Shown: one piece after another, positions 45,893 through 54,210 of the stretch | How the letters are laid out: every line of letters begins with the position of its first letter | How positions within the stretch are numbered: the stretch's first letter is position 1 | DNA from: a virus | Reading direction: 5' to 3' (one strand) | DNA: 64,000 nucleotides | Virus record (IMG/VR): IMGVR_UViG_3300025674_000021 | Coordinates: 37,707 to 101,706 of that record | Position numbers and translations under genes: made by a program | Notes under the pieces: model-generated | The model's database searches: none | What the model saw: the letters and a program-made list of their open reading frames with translations, nothing else | What the model was told of the DNA's origin: nothing

Positions 45893-47057
45893 AACTAACA
45901 ACGACGATCGCCGTTCAGTCACTGAGATGACTGTTTTCAATTCAGAGGAGGTAGACACTAAAAAACAACCAATGTTCTTTGGCAAACCTCTTGGAATTCA
46001 AAGATATGATTCTTACAAGTATCCAATTTTTGATAAACTAACATCACAGCAACTAGGTTATTTTTGGAGACCTGAAGAGGTCTCCCTCCAGAAAGATCGT
46101 GCCGACTATCAGACGTTACGCCCAGAGCAAAAACACATTTTTACCAGCAATCTTAAATACCAGATCATGCTGGATTCTGTACAAGGGCGCGGTCCTGGGA
46201 TGGCTTTTATCCCTTACTGTTCATTACCTGAATTAGAGGCGTGTATGGAGGTCTGGGGGTTCATGGAAATGATCCACAGTCGTTCTTATACACATATTAT
46301 CAAGAATGTGTACGCAGACCCTTCGGATGTGTTTGATCACATCCTCAATGATGATCGCATCGTTGAACGTGCTATGAGCGTCACAGAAGCATACAATGAC
46401 TTCATTAATGCTGCCCATCAGTATGATAACTCAAATGATTGGAAACACGCATTAGAAGGAATATCCTATGCACAGGACTCAAGATATGAACTTAAGCGCA
46501 AACTATTCAGAGCAGTTGCAAACGTTAATATTCTTGAAGGTATTCGCTTTTACGTATCATTCGCTTGCAGTTTTGCATTTGGCGAACTCAAACTTATGGA
46601 AGGAAGTGCAAAGATCATCTCCTTAATTGCAAGAGACGAGAATCAGCATCTTGCTATCACTCAGAATATTATGAAGAAATGGAGAGAGGGTGATGATCCA
46701 GAGATGCAAAAGATCTTCAAAGAAGAAGAGCAATGGTTGATTAGCACATTTGAAAACTGTGTTAATCAAGAAAAACTTTGGGCAGAATATCTGTTCAAAG
46801 ATGGATCTATGATTGGTTTAAATGATAAACTGCTTCAGCAGTATGTAGAATGGATTGCCAATCGTAGGATGAAGGCAATCGGACTTAAACAAATCTATGA
46901 CATTCCTGCAAAGAACAATCCACTCCCTTGGACAGAGCATTGGATCTCTTCTAAAGGTCTTCAAGTGGCACCCCAAGAAACAGAAGTCGAATCCTACATC
47001 GTTGGAGGAATCAAACAAGACGTTACCGAAGATACTTTTGCAGGGTTCTCCCTGTAA
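45873..47057 (+). CDS. nrdB: Class Ia ribonucleotide reductase beta subunit
   Basis: FWRPEE, LDSVQGRG, EMIHSRSY, EGIRFY.SF, RDENQH di-iron ligands. Confidence 0.97.
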   Translation: MSLVRFKTNNDDRRSVTEMTVFNSEEVDTKKQPMFFGKPLGIQRYDSYKYPIFDKLTSQQLGYFWRPEEVSLQKDRADYQTLRPEQKHIFTSNLKYQIMLDSVQGRGPGMAFIPYCSLPELEACMEVWGFMEMIHSRSYTHIIKNVYADPSDVFDHILNDDRIVERAMSVTEAYNDFINAAHQYDNSNDWKHALEGISYAQDSRYELKRKLFRAVANVNILEGIRFYVSFACSFAFGELKLMEGSAKIISLIARDENQHLAITQNIMKKWREGDDPEMQKIFKEEEQWLISTFENCVNQEKLWAEYLFKDGSMIGLNDKLLQQYVEWIANRRMKAIGLKQIYDIPAKNNPLPWTEHWISSKGLQVAPQETEVESYIVGGIKQDVTEDTFAGFSL

Positions 47058-47187
47058 AAGAAATTGTAAATGTAACTGTTTAAAAACTGAAGATGTTTTA
47101 GAATCCTACCGAGAGGCAGCACTATCAGATGCCTACATGTTCGGTGACTATGATGGATACGAAGCATATAAGCAAGAGGGTCAATGA
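46897..47187 (+). CDS. Possible small ORF overlapping the nrdB 3' end (true start uncertain)
   Basis: Non-overlapping part (CKRNCKCNCLKTEDVLESYREAALSDAYMFGDYDGY) fills the gap to the terminator. Confidence 0.35.
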   Translation: MTFLQRTIHSLGQSIGSLLKVFKWHPKKQKSNPTSLEESNKTLPKILLQGSPCKRNCKCNCLKTEDVLESYREAALSDAYMFGDYDGYEAYKQEGQ

Positions 47188-47207
47188 CCCTCTTTTTTTT
47201 ATAAATA
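47174..47207 (+). terminator. Terminator fused to a late promoter
   Basis: AAGAGGGTCA-A-TGACCCTCTT plus T-run, then TATAAATA (47200-47207). Confidence 0.8.
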
Positions 47208-47228
47208 CTTGAAAAAGTAATTGTAGAA

Positions 47229-48032
47229 ATGAAGACGTATAAGCAGTTTATATTCGATTCTTATGATGCTCTGAAAGATCTTGAGAATCTTCAAGAGGTA
47301 GTTCCTCTATTGATTCCTGCTGCCATTGGTGCTGCTAAATTAGGTGGCGCAGCACTTACTGCATATTCTGCTTATAGTGCAGCAAAGAATTTAAAGAAAG
47401 GGAAGTATGGTGATGCTGCATTGGATGCGCTGGGCGTTATTCCTGGTGGAGGTTTAGCATTTAAGGGAGCAAGAGCACTTGGTGCAGGTAAAAATCTTGC
47501 AAGAGGTGCTTCTGCAGCAACCAGTGTTGCAAGATGGTCTTCGCCTGCAAGAAATAGACCTATTGAAAAGGGTGCCGAAATGGCAATGAATGCAGTGCTT
47601 GGAACTGGTGCTACACAGGCAAAGAATTCATCTACACCCACTAATTCTAATACTTCTGCTACACCCGCTAATTCTAATACTTCTGCTGCCAATTCTAATA
47701 CTTCTGCTGCCAATTCTAATACTTCTCAATCAAATCAATCAACTGAAAAGAAAAAAGAATTTGATCCCAAAAAATTACCTGGTGCTGGACTTGCAATCAG
47801 AACTGATTTAAGTTCTCCTACCATGATAACTAAATCTCAAGCAGAAGCAGAGCAAGGTATTGAAAACGATAAACCTGCATCTACGAATGTAGATACTTCT
47901 GCTACACAAGCAGATGCACAGGCAAAAGAAAGACAAAAAGCAGAAGCGAAAAAGAAAGCAGAACAAGCATTGAAGAAAAAGAATCAAGAACTCAATGATA
48001 AATTGAGACCTGACTTCGCTATGGCAGGTTAA
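47229..48032 (+). CDS. Putative head-internal protein with capsid-targeting-like N-terminus and hydrophobic Gly/Ala hairpin
   Basis: MKTYKQFI...ENLQE followed by VVPLLIPAAIGAAKLGGAAL; late promoter. Confidence 0.7.
   Translation: MKTYKQFIFDSYDALKDLENLQEVVPLLIPAAIGAAKLGGAALTAYSAYSAAKNLKKGKYGDAALDALGVIPGGGLAFKGARALGAGKNLARGASAATSVARWSSPARNRPIEKGAEMAMNAVLGTGATQAKNSSTPTNSNTSATPANSNTSAANSNTSAANSNTSQSNQSTEKKKEFDPKKLPGAGLAIRTDLSSPTMITKSQAEAEQGIENDKPASTNVDTSATQADAQAKERQKAEAKKKAEQALKKKNQELNDKLRPDFAMAG
47643..47726 (+). repeat. In-frame tandem repeat, 4 copies (NSNTS[A])
   Basis: AATTCTAATACTTCT(GCT) repeated at 21-27 nt spacing. Confidence 0.9.
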
Positions 48033-48074
48033 TTTTATAAATAAAAATATCAAGAAATTATAACAATAAAACCC

Positions 48075-50009
48075 ATGGGACGCCTTACTGGATCTGACGC
48101 TAAAAAACTGTATGAACTTTATGATTCAATCTATGAGAAGAAAAAAGATTGCGTCGATAAAGATAAGAAAGGAATGCACAACTGTGCTAAGAAGGTCTGC
48201 CATGAAGAGTATGGTGAAGGAGAAACCATCTTCAGTCAGCACGCTGCACCTGATGAGAATGGATTCGTATCTCACTACAACGTCCAGTTCGAGCACGGCA
48301 TTGTAGAGAATGTATCCGTAGAGGATCTGGAAGTCCTTACCATGGTTGAGCACTCAGAGCACGTAGAGCACGACGGAGAAGTCGTTGCTGAAGATGCTGA
48401 AGAAGTTGAAGAGGGTGCTGCAAATATTCTTAGAGCAGGTCTGGCTGCTGGCACAGCACTTGCTGGTGGTGTGCTTGCTAAAAAAGCATCTGACGTTGCT
48501 GGAAAAATTAAAGAGAAGCAGCAGAAAAAATCTGATATGATCAAGAAAACTCTTGGTAACTCTCACGAACTTGAGGGAGAGAATCTCCAAGAATATGATG
48601 TGCAAGGTGCAGTAAAGGGAGCACTTGATAAGGGTGCTAAGTTTATGAAAACAAATCCTGTCGGCAAGGCAGTTGGTGCTGTTCTAAAACCTGTAGGAAA
48701 GGGAGCAGGAACTGTCACTAAGGCACAGCAAGATGCAAAGATCAAGATGAATAATAAAGAAGAAATGACTAGAATTACTGGTTTTGATGTCGCTAATTTA
48801 ATGGAAGCTTATTCCGCAGTTTATGCTCCTCAAGAACTTACTGAAGAGCAGGTGTGGGAAGAAGTTGAAGTTTGGGTAAATTCACTTATCGAAGAAGGTT
48901 ATGACCTCAGTGAGTATACTTGGGAAGATATGTATGAAGCATACATTGAGGAACAGGGAGGAAGACTGCCTGGGCCAGCAAGAAGAGCGGCTCAACAAGC
49001 AGCAAGAGAAGCACAAAACGTCAAAAGAGCACAAGCACCAACTCTTCCTACCAAACCTACTAGAGGTGGTTCTTTTAGATACCAACCAGTTGCAGCAGAC
49101 AAGGGTAGAGGAGGAGATGCTGCATATAGAGCAGGTGGTGGAGATGCAGCAGCAAAAAGTGGTCTAACCAGACAACAGATTCAGCAAAAGGGAATGACAG
49201 CAACGAGAGCAGCATCAGTAACTTCAACTGGAGTTTCTGGACTTTCTGCTGCTGATCGAGCTGCATATTCTGCTGGTGGTGGAAATGCCAAGGCCATGCA
49301 AGGAATGGGACAGAGTACCGCTCAAGTGATCGCACAAGGTAAAGCAAATCTTGCTAGAATGGATCAGGGCAAACCAGCACCTGCTGGAGCAAGACCAACT
49401 TCTGGTCCATCATCAACTAATCCAAAATCTGGATTATCTGCATTTCCTGCCGCTAGACCTGCTGCTGCTGCTGCTCCTGCCGCTAGACCTGCTACTCCTG
49501 CTGCTACTCCTGCTGCCGCTAGACCTGCTTCCACAACTTCCACACCAACGCCTCAAAAAAACTTTAACCCTTTGATGCAAAAAACTTTTGGTTATCAAAC
49601 TGGACAACAACCAACTAAACCAAGTGGTCCAAAAGAACCAAATGTAACTGTAATGAAAAGTGGAAGACTTGCAACGGCACTTTCTGGACCCATGAAAAGG
49701 GTTAAAGAAGAATATGATGATTATGATGTTGTATTATATCATTTACTTGATGAAGGTTATGCTGAGACCGAAGAAGCAGCACTTGCAATCATGGCAAACA
49801 TGACCGAAGAGTGGAGAAATGAGATTGTTGAGCAATCTTCTACTCGATCCATGGCACATCAAGTTACTGATGCTCTCCCTTGGAACCGTAATACGAAGTA
49901 CACCACCCAAGGCAAACTCCGTAAACCTGGCGAAAATGTTCATGGTCAACAAACTGGTAGAAAACCTGCACCGACAAGTTCCATGACTTCTGACGGTAAA
50001 CCTAGGTAG
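48075..50009 (+). CDS. Large modular late polyprotein-like protein
   Basis: TATAAATA at 48036; alternating acidic and basic blocks; duplicated R(L/I)TGxD..LxExY..(I/V)Y module; DEGYAETEEAAL.IM.NM module. Confidence 0.8.
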   Translation: MGRLTGSDAKKLYELYDSIYEKKKDCVDKDKKGMHNCAKKVCHEEYGEGETIFSQHAAPDENGFVSHYNVQFEHGIVENVSVEDLEVLTMVEHSEHVEHDGEVVAEDAEEVEEGAANILRAGLAAGTALAGGVLAKKASDVAGKIKEKQQKKSDMIKKTLGNSHELEGENLQEYDVQGAVKGALDKGAKFMKTNPVGKAVGAVLKPVGKGAGTVTKAQQDAKIKMNNKEEMTRITGFDVANLMEAYSAVYAPQELTEEQVWEEVEVWVNSLIEEGYDLSEYTWEDMYEAYIEEQGGRLPGPARRAAQQAAREAQNVKRAQAPTLPTKPTRGGSFRYQPVAADKGRGGDAAYRAGGGDAAAKSGLTRQQIQQKGMTATRAASVTSTGVSGLSAADRAAYSAGGGNAKAMQGMGQSTAQVIAQGKANLARMDQGKPAPAGARPTSGPSSTNPKSGLSAFPAARPAAAAAPAARPATPAATPAAARPASTTSTPTPQKNFNPLMQKTFGYQTGQQPTKPSGPKEPNVTVMKSGRLATALSGPMKRVKEEYDDYDVVLYHLLDEGYAETEEAALAIMANMTEEWRNEIVEQSSTRSMAHQVTDALPWNRNTKYTTQGKLRKPGENVHGQQTGRKPAPTSSMTSDGKPR

Positions 50010-50071
50010 TCCACTTTTCAAACTGTCCACTGGGAGGTCTTCGGACCTCCTTTTTTTATGGAATATAAATA
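50009..50071 (+). promoter_or_regulatory. AAACTGTCCAC motif, cUUCGg terminator, then late promoter
   Basis: GTCCACTTTTCAAACTGTCCAC; GGAGGTC-TTCG-GACCTCC plus T-run; TATAAATA at 50064. Confidence 0.7.
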
Positions 50072-50094
50072 TTTGATATGTTAGAAGTATAAAA

Positions 50095-51327
50095 ATGTCG
50101 TACCTTAGTTTTGATGAGATTTCTGATAGATATAATCAACTAGCACAAGTAGATCTTACAGAAGAAGATCTTGCTATTGCTGAAGGAATTTATTTAAATA
50201 TTGTCAACACTCTGGTAGAAAAGAGTCATACTGCTACCGGTATTCTTAAATTTCTTGAAACTCAAGTTAATGATGAAAATATTCTTGAGTTTTTTACTGA
50301 AGAACCTATTGAAATTTCAGAAGAGTGGGGAGATAACTTAGCAAAATGGGAAAAAGATCTTCTCTTGTTTAATGTTGAGGGACATAAACTTGAATTAATG
50401 GAGAGTGCTCTTAAAGGAATTGCAAAAACTTTACTTAGGTCACTTAAGAGAAGTCCTCTATCAAGTGCTAAGAGAGTAAGGGCAGCGCATAGATCTAGAA
50501 GATTGGGTAAACCACAACCAATGGGAAAGGCATCTTCTGATGCAGCACTTTCGGGTGGAAAAACTGGTGCTTATAGAAGTACTGGTTCTGGAACTAAAAC
50601 ATCTATCAAAAGCACTGCTGACGATAAAGGTGTACCAACTACAGGAACTGCATTGAAACAAACTCCTGGAGCAGCAGCGGCGTCACAGAATAGATCACAA
50701 AGAGCAGATTACAGAGTCAAGAAGAAAGCAGATCAGGCAAGAGTTGCAGCAGATAAAGCAGCAGGTAAGGATCCTTTCAGAATTAAAAAGAGAGATGTTG
50801 CAGCAGTTGGAGCAGGTGTAGCACTTGCTGCTGCTGGTGCTAATTCCCTTAAAAATAAAGGAAGTTCTTCAAGCACAACTCCATCCCCATCCCCATCCCC
50901 ATCTTCTAAAGAACCACCTAAACCTACTGCTCCTAAGGGTCCTAGTCAGGAAGATATTGAGAAGGAAAAGAGAGATGAAAGATTCAAAAAAGTACGTGCG
51001 TACTGTTATCAGAATCCTAGAAAATGTAGATCCATGGCTGACGGGGATTATGATAAAGAATCTATGAGAAAAGAACTGAACTTTGATAAACCTAAAAAAT
51101 CCACCACCAAAGAGTGGATGGAAAACTATCCAGAACTCGCTCAAACCATTAACGAACAAAAAGAGGTAACCGAAATGAACAATCAAACTCATGACGCTTA
51201 TGATATTATCTTAGATTACTTACTTGAGAATGGTCATGCAGAGACCATGGACGAAGCAAATTATGTAATGCTCGAAATGGATGAAGAACATCTTCAAAAG
51301 ATTGTTCAACTTTCATCAGAGTCCTGA
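50095..51327 (+). CDS. Modular late protein (same architecture as 15981..17753)
   Basis: Acidic N-terminus, basic core, Gly/Ala helix, PS linker, C-terminal DAYDIILDYLLENGHAET module. Confidence 0.8.
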   Translation: MSYLSFDEISDRYNQLAQVDLTEEDLAIAEGIYLNIVNTLVEKSHTATGILKFLETQVNDENILEFFTEEPIEISEEWGDNLAKWEKDLLLFNVEGHKLELMESALKGIAKTLLRSLKRSPLSSAKRVRAAHRSRRLGKPQPMGKASSDAALSGGKTGAYRSTGSGTKTSIKSTADDKGVPTTGTALKQTPGAAAASQNRSQRADYRVKKKADQARVAADKAAGKDPFRIKKRDVAAVGAGVALAAAGANSLKNKGSSSSTTPSPSPSPSSKEPPKPTAPKGPSQEDIEKEKRDERFKKVRAYCYQNPRKCRSMADGDYDKESMRKELNFDKPKKSTTKEWMENYPELAQTINEQKEVTEMNNQTHDAYDIILDYLLENGHAETMDEANYVMLEMDEEHLQKIVQLSSES

Positions 51328-51353
51328 ATATAGCACAACTAACAATTAATTAC

Positions 51354-51390
51354 AAGGGGTCTTGACAGACCTCTTTTTTTTCTCTAGAAT
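51354..51390 (+). promoter_or_regulatory. Terminator hairpin with embedded sigma70 promoter
   Basis: GGGGTCT-TGAC-AGACCTC plus T-run; TTGACA-17 nt-TAGAAT. Confidence 0.75.
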
Positions 51391-51426
51391 AGGTTTGTTC
51401 CAGTTAAAGACAAGATATAGCTAGCT

Positions 51427-51609
51427 ATGACACAGGAATGGAAGGAAGAGTTTATTGATATAAAAGGTAAACTACTAACAAAAGAACAAGTAAAGTTATT
51501 AGAGAAAGGACCACATAACCTTTCTAGTAGTTGGATGCTTGCTGCTATGTATCATGAATGGAAAAGAATTAAAGGTATAAAAGAAAATAAGAAGAATAAG
51601 AATAAATAA
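51427..51609 (+). CDS. Small hypothetical protein
   Basis: 60-aa ORF downstream of the promoter. Confidence 0.65.
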   Translation: MTQEWKEEFIDIKGKLLTKEQVKLLEKGPHNLSSSWMLAAMYHEWKRIKGIKENKKNKNK

Positions 51610-51631
51610 GATTTAGTTATACTGAATCTAA

Positions 51632-52087
51632 ATGAGTTATGAAAATCCTTGGATGTACATGGAACGAGTGTTTGATAGCTCTCATGTTGGGGATAACTTT
51701 GGTTTTGTTTATAAAATTACCAATCTCCTCAACGGTAGATCATACATTGGAAGAAAGTATTTTTGGTCGTTCCGAACTCCTCCAGGAAAGAAACGCAAGG
51801 TCAAGCAGGAGAGTGATTGGAAGCGGTATTACGGATCATGTCCAGAACTGAAAGAAGATATTAAAGAATCGGGAAACAAGACATTTTTTAAAAGAGAGAT
51901 ATTAAGCCTACATACTACAAAGGGATTCTGTAATTATGAGGAGACGAGGCAGTTGTTCTTAAACAATGTCTTATCTGAGTCACTTGACAGCGGCATCCCT
52001 GCATACTATAATTCAAACATTCTAGGGCGCTACATGCGTAAGGACTATGAGAAAGGACCTGATGGAGACGCTTCAACTAACACATGA
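51632..52087 (+). CDS. GIY-YIG endonuclease (Endo II / DenA-like)
   Basis: GFVYKITN..NGRSYIGRK, ESDWK.YYGS, YYN.NI motifs. Confidence 0.85.
   Translation: MSYENPWMYMERVFDSSHVGDNFGFVYKITNLLNGRSYIGRKYFWSFRTPPGKKRKVKQESDWKRYYGSCPELKEDIKESGNKTFFKREILSLHTTKGFCNYEETRQLFLNNVLSESLDSGIPAYYNSNILGRYMRKDYEKGPDGDASTNT
51984..52012 (+). promoter_or_regulatory. Intragenic consensus sigma70 promoter
   Basis: TTGACA-17 nt-TATAAT. Confidence 0.75.
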
Positions 52088-52253
52088 ATGGGCAGTTGAT
52101 CGACTACATCGCCTTTGTGAGTATGATCTTGATAAAGATCTGGTAGAATCCCTAGAAGATGCCTATTCTATCAAGTGCGAATTTGCTGAATGGCTTGATC
52201 CAGATGCTGGAGAGTGTGAAATCTATTCTTTACCGCAGTTCACTGATGATTAA
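52047..52253 (+). CDS. Small acidic hypothetical protein
   Basis: THEWAVDRL...EFAEWLDP pattern. Confidence 0.7.
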   Translation: MRKDLMETLQLTHEWAVDRLHRLCEYDLDKDLVESLEDAYSIKCEFAEWLDPDAGECEIYSLPQFTDD

Positions 52254-52839
52254 AACTCTGATGATGGTTCCTCTGTTGATCTCGATTCCGGGATCAACAT
52301 TTTTTGGAACTTACAATAAAATGGAATCAATAATGGAATCAATAGAAGTTCCCATTCCAGTGATAGAGTTCAAGGAACCTACATGGAAACTTCCTGACGG
52401 AACTTTTGCAGAACAGTATGTCCTTGAACAACTACAAGAAAAAACAAAGATTACTGATCGTAATGCTTTGGCAACGATTCTGGGAAACATTAAGTCAGAA
52501 TCTAACTTCCATGCCAATATTTGTGAGGGAGGTGCTAGAATTCCTTACGATAGTTGCCATAGCGGTGGTTACGGACTTATTCAGTGGACCTCTGAGGGTC
52601 GTTATATGGGGTTAGGAAAGTTTGCCTCTAAATATGGTTGCGACCCGTCAACGCTCCAGTGTCAAACACGGTACATGATTAATGAGAACATCTTTCAAAA
52701 TGTATTGAAAGAGTTTGAAGGTAGTGGGAGAACTGTTTCTCAGTATATGGTTCCAGCTTATTATTGGTTAGGTTGGGGAATCAAGGGATACAGAGAACAG
52801 TATGCATATGAATACGTTAAAAAATTGGTACTATCATGA
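52246..52839 (+). CDS. Lysozyme-like protein (phage tail lysozyme family) with N-terminal hydrophobic segment
   Basis: ATILGNIKSESNF...GYGLIQWT motif; ATG at 52246. Confidence 0.75.
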   Translation: MIKTLMMVPLLISIPGSTFFGTYNKMESIMESIEVPIPVIEFKEPTWKLPDGTFAEQYVLEQLQEKTKITDRNALATILGNIKSESNFHANICEGGARIPYDSCHSGGYGLIQWTSEGRYMGLGKFASKYGCDPSTLQCQTRYMINENIFQNVLKEFEGSGRTVSQYMVPAYYWLGWGIKGYREQYAYEYVKKLVLS

Positions 52840-53525
52840 ACTTGTACATTAAATCATTCCTTCTCGGATTCTTTAGTTGGGCAATCGTTTCTTCGGTAAT
52901 GGAAGCGAAGTCAGATCAAGGTAAGATAACCAAAGGTTATTTTACTATGGACGCCATGGGTTGCATGTTACTTAGAGAGTGTACCGATGGAGTCGATAAA
53001 GTCGAAAGTATCGCAACTATTGCTGATGAGTATCCCGATAGTGATTATACTTACGTTGCTGACGAGTTCAACACAATGCTTGTTGCTCTTGAGCAAGTCG
53101 GAGTTGGGGTGTTTATAGCGGATGCCAAATACTTTCCCGTTGGACACAGAGGTGTTTACCACACTGTTTCTAATAACTTCTTCCTTAGTCGCACTCATAT
53201 GGGTAAGCCACATGTACTCATGAGTGTTATGCGTCACGAAGGATGGCACGCTGCACAAGATTGTATGGCAGGAACTATCGATAATAGTTTGATTGCTATC
53301 ATCAAACCTGAAGATGAAGTTCCTATCATTTGGCGTGTAATGGCAGAAAGAACTTATGATAAAGCATCAGTTCCTTGGGAAGCAGAAGCAACCTGGGCAG
53401 GAAAAACTGAAGGAATGACTATGAAAGCACTTCAGGCATGTGCTGCCGGAGAGATGTGGAAAGTGTATAAACCGACACCATTAACGGAGAAATATCTAAA
53501 AGAAGAAGGTTTTATGCCTAAATAG
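52836..53525 (+). CDS. Putative exported zinc metallopeptidase-like protein
   Basis: Signal-like N-terminus; RHEGWH (HExxH) plus downstream E.EA. Confidence 0.6.
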   Translation: MNLYIKSFLLGFFSWAIVSSVMEAKSDQGKITKGYFTMDAMGCMLLRECTDGVDKVESIATIADEYPDSDYTYVADEFNTMLVALEQVGVGVFIADAKYFPVGHRGVYHTVSNNFFLSRTHMGKPHVLMSVMRHEGWHAAQDCMAGTIDNSLIAIIKPEDEVPIIWRVMAERTYDKASVPWEAEATWAGKTEGMTMKALQACAAGEMWKVYKPTPLTEKYLKEEGFMPK

Positions 53526-53633
53526 ATAATATCCGATTTAATTTCGGTCGCCAGCCAAGAAAAATTCTGTGATCATCATTACAAATTGACCTCTTTGCAA
53601 AAAGATTTTTCGTTGGATACTTAAACAAATCGT

Positions 53634-53840
53634 ATGTCACCTTTAACTAGAGATGTTCTCGTCAAGAGCATCGTTTCCTTTGAAATGGCTAATGCTCAAG
53701 TTGATTATGAAAAAATTGATTATTCAAAATACTTGAAGAGCACTTACCATAAATGGGAGCATGAATCAAGTGTAACCCTCTGTCAGAAATACAATCAAAT
53801 ACACTCAACAGCAATAGATGTTGACTGTTTGAATCCATAA
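53634..53840 (+). CDS. Small hypothetical protein
   Basis: 68-aa ORF. Confidence 0.65.
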   Translation: MSPLTRDVLVKSIVSFEMANAQVDYEKIDYSKYLKSTYHKWEHESSVTLCQKYNQIHSTAIDVDCLNP

Positions 53841-53864
53841 ATACTTCTGCCTTACTCCCTACAA

Positions 53865-54197
53865 ATGCCTGATACAAAACCAGCATCTGTAGAAGAAAAG
53901 CATGATGACCATGACGATGGTCCTGATCGGAGTGAAATCCTTGGTAATCTAGTGAAAGTTGCAGTTTTAATATGGTCTGCTTCTCTTCTAACTTTTAGTT
54001 ACGTTCGTTTACCTAATGGGCAAAAAATCTTGGATTTCGATCCAACTTTTATAGCCTCTGTGTTTTCTGGATCTTTAGCTGCATTCGGACTTTCTCCTGC
54101 TAAGTCAGGTGCAAATGGTAATGGTAATGGTAAAAAAGCTCTCCTAGCAAAGAGAGACGAACAACCACCAGTAGTATCTGCAGTCGAACCAAAGTAA
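53865..54197 (+). CDS. Two-TM membrane protein
   Basis: VKVAVLIWSASLLTFSY and DPTFIASVFSGSLAAFGL helices. Confidence 0.75.
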   Translation: MPDTKPASVEEKHDDHDDGPDRSEILGNLVKVAVLIWSASLLTFSYVRLPNGQKILDFDPTFIASVFSGSLAAFGLSPAKSGANGNGNGKKALLAKRDEQPPVVSAVEPK

Positions 54198-54210
54198 TAG
54201 GTAAAGACCC

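Noticed and set aside
35752-47057. Inteins or introns in gp41, gp61, nrdA and nrdB
   Set aside because: ORFs are continuous with typical lengths and motif spacing
53530-53620. Possible structured RNA upstream of 53634 (CCAAGAAAA...TTTTCGTTGG pairing)
   Set aside because: Pairing is weak and AT-rich; it cannot be supported without covariation data
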